Shown here one piece after another: positions 55,121 to 64,000 of a DNA stretch of 64,000 nucleotides. Within the stretch, counting starts at the first letter, position 1. Each line of letters begins with the position of its first letter. The translations under genes were made by a program, and so were the position numbers. The notes under the pieces are model-generated. The model worked only from the letters and a program-made list of their open reading frames with translations, made no database searches and had not been told where the DNA came from. The stretch is taken from NCBI RefSeq assembly GCF_009914755.1, contig NC_060928.1; one strand, given 5' to 3'. The DNA is from the human T2T-CHM13v2.0 reference genome, Homo sapiens.

Positions 55121-57781
55121 ACCAATTTATCGATATAAAATCCTCAATTCTTTAACTTTTACCTTATAATTTAAGCCTAAGCAAGTCATGAAGCATAAGG
55201 AGTCTTTGCAGATAATATTAAAACAGTTCTTATAACTCTCAATCTTTTCTTTATTGTTTTTATATTTTGATTATCTTTGGCAAGCTTGCATCAAATAAAT
55301 AAAGACCCATGAAGTAATAAAAGGTAGTATATATAGATACCTACAATCTTTTGCTTGTGTCTTTACAATCTGTGTCCACAGAACTATTTATTTTCTAATA
55401 GAAAAAAAACAGTAAAATATTTATATTATCCTTAATGAACCACTTAAATACATAGCCAGCTTCAAAAATGAACTAGAGTTATAAATGTTAAAAAAGAAAT
55501 GCCTGCCGATTTTCTGAGTCTTTCCCTTCAGCTTTGTTTCTTGCTATGCTGAAATGTCCTTCAGCAAAATTGTCATTTTCCCTAACTTTGTCAAAATCAG
55601 ATTGCAAGAGAAAAACAAAGTGATGTGAATGAGAAGAAGAAATTGCCAACATAGCAGGAAAATAAATCCAGTAAGGGCTCAGGGTAATCCTTGGTAACAC
55701 CTATAGCAACTCTGTAATCATACTGATGTAGAAATTAAGTTTCTCTGAGGTTAGACAGATTGCCTGAAGTTACACTGTTTCAGGAAGATCATTAAAACCA
55801 TAACCAAGAATTTCTTTCTAAAAGAGACAACTTGGCATAGAAAAAAAGATTATAGGTTTTTAATCAGTCAGGCTGGGAATATATCCTGACTTTACCCATG
55901 GTAGCACAAAGACAGACAAACTTGGCATCAAACCCTGTGTCTTCATTTATTAATGCTGAAAATTTATAACGTTCCTTAACTTCTAAGCCGGAATTTTCTC
56001 TGAAAATGAGTAGGATATGATCTATTATGGAGCACAAACATTGCTCTAAGGAATAGATTAGACTGCACATGGAAAGCGCCTAGCACTGTGCCCAGCACCT
56101 AATTACTCCCCAACAAGTATTAGCTTCCTTCCCCACTCCTTGATTAAACCAGTGCACAGTGGCTCTTTAGGAGTCAGATTATTTATAGGAATAATGCCTC
56201 CATGCCACTATTTGAATGCAAGACAATGCTGGTTGAGATAGATCTGGAACCCAGCTAAACAGACAATATAATCTCGGAAAGCAGGTGGGCCAGGATGGAA
56301 GGGACATGGGAAAATTAGGGGATTCTATTCTCCTTCTTAACCAATGTCTAGGAAACGCTCTTCTTTTTCTCCTCAGGCATAAAGCTTGAACATGACTTTT
56401 CATTTTTTATAATTTCAAGAAAAACCTAGTGGGTCCCAGTGGGAACTATCAAAAGGAATTAAATTGTTATGTTTTCCAGAGTTAGAAAATAAATGGAGAG
56501 TAGGTGTATATAAAGATCTTTTTTTTGATATTTTTGTTTTTTCCATGTGATTAGTATATATTATGTAATTCTGCTACAGCATCATTTTCAAACATTCACT
56601 TAATGTCTCATTAGCAAGGCCTGGGAATGTATTTGGCTCCTTCTGGCATTGCCTGAGCCTAACCTTCAGGTTAGGCACCCATTGATTTTAGCTTCCATTG
56701 CTCTGTGAAACACATCTGGGTCCTTAATTAACAATTCTCTAAGTTGGAGACAAATTTGCTATTGCTTGAACATGTCTGATTGAAAGCACAGACATAATGC
56801 TTACAAAATGTTGGGGGGAAAAAGTAATTGAAAGTAAGATTATAAATTACTCTTGGCTTTAGGCTTCCCTGAAGCTATGGAAAACAAAAAGCAATTATTT
56901 ATATTTGGAAATGGAATTAGTCTTTTTTTTCCTGTTATCTAATCAATGCTTATATATTCTCTCAGCCTGGTTCTCTAGTTGGTTAGGGAGCTTGAACGGA
57001 GACCCCACTTTTCTCATGCAATCTTTCCCACTTTTCTTCATTTCTTTCTCGTTGGAAATTTTTCCAAAAATGACACTTGTTTAGCACACAAAAGCCTTCA
57101 ATATGTCAGGCAAAACAGTTCAATACCTGTAATTAGTGACCTTGTTTTATTCAAGTCTCCATCACAAAAGAAATTTGATTGTATTAACCCTCTTTTTTGG
57201 TAAATGCAGAATATGAAGCATCTGCATCAGGCGTTTTTAAGTACATCCTGAAAATTCAGAGAGGTCTACGCTTAATCACATGTAAGCACACATGCAGTTG
57301 GTTTTCTGTATTTTGCAATAATGTTTGAGGTTTTACCTCTGTGATATGAATGTACCTTTGTCTTGTGTATATTGTTTGGTTTTCAGTAATTCACTTGGAC
57401 ACTAGCAGCATAGATACAATACTGCAGATTCAAAACACTTCAAAGTATTTCATTTCATATGTAAGATTAGGTTGCATACATTTTCTGCCATGATTAGGGT
57501 AGTTTCCACAAATCGGCATCTCTCTATTTTAACTCTACACAGCAGGCAAACTCTCTAAACCCAAAGGGGAAAAAAAAGCTCTTTCTTCCACTCTTTACAT
57601 ATTCTTCTCCATTATCATCTCTGGCCATCTACAACCCAGAAGCTGAGATTTAGTCAAAGTTGGCATCCCAGGAACTGTGTGACACAAGTCACTTAACATT
57701 CCTTGGTTTCAGAATCTTCATTGTTAAAATGAAGAGGCTAAACCAGCCATAACATGGGGTTTCCTTGCTTATCCTCCAGCA

Positions 57782-58113
57782 TGGGGGTCCTCAACTCCCT
57801 GGGCTGTGGACCAGTACCAGTCCATGGAATATTAAAGGAACCGGGCCGCACAGAGGTGAGTGACAGGCCAGCAAGCATTACTGCCTGAGCTGAACTCCAC
57901 CTCCTGTCAGATCAGCTGCAGCATTAGATTCTCACAAGAGCTCAAACACTGTTGCGACCTGTGCACACAGGGGACCTAGGTTGCATGCTCCTTATGAGAA
58001 TCTAATGCCTGAAGATCTGAGGTGGAACAGTTTTATCCTGTATCCATTCCCCCAACCCCAAAAGTGTCTTCCACGAAACCAGTCCCTGGTGCCAAAAACG
58101 TTGAGGACTGCTG
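57782..58113. mobile_element. MER1B (hAT-Charlie)
   Basis: ggggtcctcaactccctgggctgtggaccagtacc...ccagtccctggtgccaaaaacgttgaggactgctg; perfect 8-bp TSD CTCCAGCA. Confidence 0.92.
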
Positions 58114-59384
58114 CTCCAGCACACTCCTCTAATCATGCTAATCACGCTGCTTTTGAAAAAAAAGTCCCTTTCTGTTCTCCTCACTGGACTGAGGATTGAG
58201 GGACAACGGGTAGACCTTTCCAGTGATTATTTTATTCTATATACATCCAGCTCACCTCTGCCTCTAGTGGCCTCAACATCATCCTCCTGCCCCAGTGCCC
58301 TTCATCAGTTGCAGCATTTGAAACCTCAGGAAACACACAATAAATGTTTGTGAAATGAATGGTTTCAGATAACTCTTCCTCATGCAGAGATTCAATTATT
58401 GGGGTGTTTCTAGGAGGTCAATGTCCCCCCTTCAGACACCCAGAGAAAGACTAGTGCAACACCGAGGACAAGTTTGGCAGGACTTCATTTCCTTTTATTG
58501 TTTTGTTTTGTTTTGTTTCCTGAATATTACAAATATCTTCACCTCTCTCTCTACTCTTTCCCCAGTTTTGGCCAAATGCCAAAAAATGCTATGTATCATG
58601 GCCTGTAAAATGCTAATACAAAGTCATTTTTCCCAAGGGAAAGTTAGGAGGAGATAGTATTCTTTCACTTCCATATGATAAGGCACTGAGGACAGCCTTT
58701 ATGATTAACAACAGACCAGTTTCTTTACCCACCCCGGTCTCTTTACCCAAAGATCAGTTTCCAACTCCTCAAGTTGTTATTTTTAGTCCAGCACAAGTTT
58801 CACCAGTTCAGAAATTGCAGGAAGGGGGCAATATAAAAATCCCAGTAGTGCCAAACATCTCAGATTTCTTCCTTCAAAAAAAAGAACATCAGGAGTCGGA
58901 TGCTTGCCTCAATTGTTTTCTTGTTCTAGACTACGGTATCCATAGATGCTGTCAAAACTCTCTTGTAATTAAGAGGCTATCTCTGCAAAGACCAGAAGGA
59001 CCCACTCGTCCTGCTATTCCTTTATATGAGTAAAACCACTCTGCACACAGCCTCCTTAGTATTGGGAAGGGAGTTAAAAAAGGAAAAACATGAAAACTGC
59101 CAGAGTTTGAAGGACTCAAAAATTTACTCCTTTATTTTTTCTTATGTAAACTACAGAATCAATTGAGAAATAGGTTTAGAAGTTAGATATTAAATTGTTA
59201 GGTCTGCGGAGAAATGGGATTCCATTCTTTGAGTGGACTCTCAAACTGAAGTTCTGTGCCATGGTAGGAAGAGCTGGACCATAAAAGTTCTTCTTCACTT
59301 GGACCTGACACTACAACTGAAGCATGGATGAGGGGAGAAAGTGTGCTCCCTGCAAGTAGGCACTTCCTACCAAGAAAGAGTGAT

Positions 59385-59910
59385 TATTGGTATTTCTCAG
59401 ACCCCTGGAAGGAAACAGAATCTACTCCAAATAGCTCACACATAAGGATTTTAATGATAGAACTGTTTGTAGAGGTGAGATTAGTGTTTGGGAAACAAAA
59501 GATGGGAGGTGACAGGAAGACTAGCAAAAGTGGGAAGCTGTTACCACCATAAGGGCTTAAGGGACAAGCAGAAAATTATGTGTCTGGCACACAGTAAAGA
59601 CCAGGGCCTTAGAAGAAGAGCCACCTGTGGAAGATACATCTGTAGATAAAACACAGCTACTTCCAGAGAAATGGGATCAAGGTGGGTGGGAAGGAGGTGA
59701 GAAACAGTCAAAGAAAATAAATACTGAGACACACTGTCTCTTGTGCTCCAATCTCCTGTTGTGGGTGTCATTGGTCAAAGCCAACAAGAAGCCAGAGCAT
59801 CATGCCATCCACAGGGCTCATTTGCCTGCCTTGTCTTCACCCACATTGGCACACCGCAGGGTAGAGGAGGGTGAAGAATGGATCTAGCAAGAGCAAATAA
59901 TGGCTTATTA
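59385..59910. mobile_element. Ancient LTR (LTR78/79-like)
   Basis: ggaaggaaacagaatctactc...ctagcaaaagtgggaagctgttaccacc...cattggtcaaagccaacaagaagccagag. Family assignment tentative. Confidence 0.5.
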
Positions 59911-60553
59911 GAACATCGACCAATAAGAAAGTATACATCCACTGGAAGAAATGGATAAAGAAGAAAAAAATGGGAGGGAGTGCAGGAATTTTAATGGACT
60001 TTTGTTTTTCCCACTTGGAAAGATAAGGATCAAGGTGACTTTACAGATATTTCCAATGCTTCAGTTTTCTCCAGACAACCCAACTTGCCCAGCCAATCAT
60101 GACATCCCCCAGGATCTTTCACTGATCCAGGCAGTTCTGCAGACCTTCTTTGTGCATCCCTAGTCCCAGTACTTGAACAGCTCACTTTTATTTCATTCCT
60201 TTGCCTTACACAATTTGAAGCAGGCTTAATTGCTAAGTGCCACCAAGAGTCTCTTTCCTTTTGGCTCATGCAGGTTGTTTCTCCATACTTGCTTTTCTCT
60301 AGCAGACCTCAAAATTCACTGCTTCTGTCATTATGCAGTATAATGTAGTGGTGAGGAAATGGAAAATGATGTCAGATGCACATGCTTCCTATAATGTAAC
60401 TATTGGGTTTGCAGTCATCTAACCCTTCTGAGGCGGGTATCTACTACTCAGGAATAACCCCTCTGTGTTAAGGTTGTTGTATGAAGTCAATGAGATAATT
60501 ACAAGATAATATATCAATTTGTTGGGATGGGTACAGGCATACAGTAAAGTCCT

Positions 60554-61109
60554 TGTGATTGTTCATACTGAGTGTGAACTTGATTGGATTGAAGGATGGA
60601 AAGTATTGTTCCTGGGTTTGTCTGTTAGGGTGTTGCCAAAAGAGATTAACATTTGAGTCAGTGCACTGGGAAAGGCAGACCCACCCTCAGTCTGAATGGG
60701 CACCTTCTAATCAGCTGCCAGCACAGCTGGAATAATGCAGGCAGAAGAAGATGGAAAAGTAGACTTCTGGTCTCTCTCTTTCTCCCATGCTGGATGCTTC
60801 CTGCCCTGAAACTTTGGACCCCAAGTTCTTCAGCTTTTGGACTCTTGGACTTACATCAGTGGTTTGCCAGGGGCTCTAGGGCCTTTGGCCAGAGACTGAA
60901 GGCTGCAATTTCAGTTTCCCTACTTTTGAGGTTTTGGGACTCAGACTGATCCACCACTCACTGCCTTGCTCCTCAACTTGCAGATGGCCTATCATGGGAC
61001 TTTACCTTGTGATCATGTGAGTCAATTCTCCTTAATAAACTCCCTTTCATATATATGTATATCTTTTCATATATACCTTTTGTCCCTGTACAGATCCCTG
61101 ACTAATACA
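60554..61109 (+). mobile_element. MLT2A (HERV-L) solo LTR, MLT2A2-like by length, inserted in a MIR
   Basis: TGTGATTGTTCATACTGAGTGTGAACTTGATTGGATTGAAGG...AATAAACTCCC...CCCTGACTAATACA, 556 bp. Confidence 0.92.
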
Positions 61110-63324
61110 GCTCTCAATCTTTATTGTCCCTCACCAACCTTTTCTTGTGGTGTGCCCTTTTCCTGCAGCCAAACCTTCTTCTCTCTATGTCCAGTTATTG
61201 TTTGAGAAGTGGACACAGGATCGGGGGTTCGTTACATTAACTTTACATCAGTCTCAATGCTGTGTTACTTTCTTTATATAGAGAGATGGAAATACTAACA
61301 GTACTATGCTAGTATTTTGTATCCTTACATTGAAAACCAGCTTAAAGTTCCACCCAAATTTACTTACCTTGCTTCTCTATTAATCTTTGACAAATTGCAA
61401 ACCCCAGAGTTTCTATGGGTGTAAAAGAGGCCAGCCAGGCCATTACCCAGGCCTGTTAAAATATGGCCTTACAAGCAGATTCCTGTGTGCATTCACCCCA
61501 GCCAGAAATTCTTTTGATATAACTTATCTTGCATTATTTATGTTACTCTCAACTTCTAATGCAAAATTATGGAATATAATGGAAACATCCTATACATCGC
61601 AGTATTCCCCTATCATTCTATGTCTGCCACAAAAAAACTTGCAAAATTACTTCTGTGGAATAACCCTATATACACTATTATAGCTCAGCCATAATTCCTG
61701 GGAACATTTTAATTCTTGGCTTTTCCTTCATGCAGCAGATTTTACTTCCTTTTTCACTGTCTAAAGTATCAATTGTCCTTTTGATCACAGCATACTTATA
61801 AGAACAATTCTCCCTCGAAGCAGGAAAGGTAAGGTAGACTACAAGCTTCCATTAATGTAGTCAAGGCAATTTTGTGGGGAGGGATAGGTGAGCTGAGAAA
61901 CTTCAAAGAATTTTGCCCATGTGCCTCTTAGATCTGTAAATTTTCTTCAGACTTTATGTTGGTTTGGTTTTCTTTCATTCCGACCATGATAGCCTTGTGA
62001 CATAAAGAAAGAATATGGAAAAACTGATTGGAAGTATATCCAACCAGTAATCTTAATATTTTGATTCAGCAATCACAAGACCATACAACCCAGTTTAAGA
62101 CTTATCTCAATCTCTAAATTTAGAGATTGAGGATAGGATTTAAGCAGGAAGTGATCTAAGTGACATTACATTTTATACAATTTATTTTTCTCCTATGTAG
62201 TATTTTATCAGGTGACCATCAGTCAAAGAGGGAGTCAAAAGGACCCATGAGGAGAGACTCATTAGTTCTGCATCAAGGCAGAAATAATCTTTATACAGTC
62301 ATGTAATCTGTTCCTTCTACACAGAGCATGTGAATTATTGATGACTCTATTCAACATTTTATTTCTTTGTGGCACCCAACTAGGTCTTCCTAGTTACTTG
62401 CTTTTGTTGGCATTAAAATAAAACGCATTTCTCCTACTGAGGACATGTAAAAGCAAATGGGAAATTAATATGTTTTCTAAAGTATATAAGCAAGGCCTCA
62501 TATGTCAAAAGAGTAAGCATTGGTAAGCCTAGCTGAAAAGATCCTTTACAATAAAACTTCATATAGCATGGAAAATACAGCTCTCATTTTTCTTTCTTCA
62601 TGCCCTTCAGGGATTTACTTTTCCTCTTCACCATTTTCTTTTTGAAAATAAAACTTTATTGTTTTCTGTTTGCTTCTTTATGACTTCTCAACTCTTGACC
62701 TTGAGGGTAAATTGTAATGTCAGAAAAATCAGCCTTTATGCTTCCCACCTCTCACAGGTTCATATCTGGTTCTTGGGTAGCTTTTCTTCTATATATACAA
62801 ACTCTCAGGTTTTCTTGTATCTTATGCCTGCTCATATCTGCTTGGAGAGTATGTAAAAAATGAGGAGGTATTCATTTTTTGTAATAATAATTATAACAAC
62901 TTATATCACGATTTCTCATGGGCTAATACCAACCTTATGAGATATAGTAGCAAAATGTTATTATTGTGATTTTAAATGAAAGAAATTGAGCAGAGATCTT
63001 TATTTTTCTCTTTTCTTTCTTTCTTCTTTTCCTTTTGTTATATTTGTCTAGTTTTTAATGCAGTCCTGGCATGAAGATGTTAACCTACCAATTAGAGACT
63101 TGATGAAGACCAGACAACATAGTGTTGATTGCTGGTGGGATAACTGGAAAAGAGTTCTACATTCTGGGCTTAAGAATCCTTCTAAATGCCATTTTATCTA
63201 TTAAAAAAAAATCTGTCCCAAACCTAATTCACTGAAATGCAATGGTTAGAATCACATTTTTAACAGGCTAGATTTTAGTCAGAATGACATATTTAGACTT
63301 TTTTGGTGTTTGAAGTGACCTGTG

Positions 63325-63600
63325 AATCATCTCTTTCAACATGTATTTACTGTGCACATATTACAGGCCAGGCTCTGTGTTAATAACCAGGGATAATGAA
63401 GGCAATTCAATAATGACCCTTTTCAAAAGATGTTACAGTGATGATGGTAATTAAAGACTGACCAGCTCTTGAACTGGATTGTTGAAACAAGGAGAACCTC
63501 ACTTATGGAAGTTGGGAATATGGTGTTTCTGAGGAGAAGGAGGACATGTCAGGCAAAGAGAAGGCTTATGCAAAGTATGTAAAACAGAAAATAGCATGAG
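63325..63600 (-). mobile_element. L2 fragment
   Basis: ttcaacatgtatttactgtgcacatattacaggccaggctctgtgttaataaccagggata. Confidence 0.6.
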
Positions 63601-64000
63601 AGTTACAAGCAACTAACTGACTCAAGTAATTCAGTATAGCAAGAGCAAAACTCCATAATAGAAATGACAGAGGAAGTGACCCACATGCACAATGTGCTTG
63701 GTCTGCCAACAGTGATGTGACCAGATTTATGAGATTCATGGTTAATGGACTGAATTAGGTGGTGGAAGAGTGAGAAAAAGAGCATAAGGCTAAAGATAAT
63801 AAAACAAAATAAGACGCTGATGAGCTGAAACACGGGCCAGCCAATTTTTATGTCATACTTTCATGGCAGGAAGGTATTGCTTCTTTTCATTTGTCAACTC
63901 AAACCCACCTCCATTGTCCCACTACCAGTCTTTCTTGAAGAAATATTTTATGCAGAGTTGGACAGATCACCTTCTGGGATTCCACAGAATATGTCAATAG

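Noticed and set aside
61292-61318. Imperfect palindrome aatactaacagtactatgctagtatt
   Set aside because: Too short and AT-rich for a pre-miRNA; expected by chance.
63600-63800. Possible minus-strand exon (polypyrimidine acceptor at ~63750)
   Set aside because: No convincing downstream splice donor found.

Overview
This is primate (human/ape-like) non-coding DNA. It is AT-rich and dense in interspersed repeats: L1, Alu, L2/MIR, MaLR/ERVL/ERV1/ERV9 LTRs and hAT/Tigger DNA-transposon fossils. I find no supportable host protein-coding gene, RNA gene or CpG island, and the ORF track is essentially repeat-derived or random. Repeat family names come from recalled consensus similarity, so subfamily labels need RepeatMasker/Dfam confirmation. 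The structures most worth follow-up are: (1) a ~229-bp, ~94% identical, ungapped inverted duplication of mostly non-repeat sequence (11561-11789 / 12545-12773) around a ~755-bp spacer; (2) a 681-bp 'mini-L1PA' that keeps both ends and a TSD but lacks the whole interior, inside a multi-layer TE nest; (3) candidate LTR promoters (an NF-Y-rich LTR12 and a DUX4-type MLT2A with a splice donor); and (4) a few candidate non-coding exons. None is demonstrably a new biological system from sequence alone.
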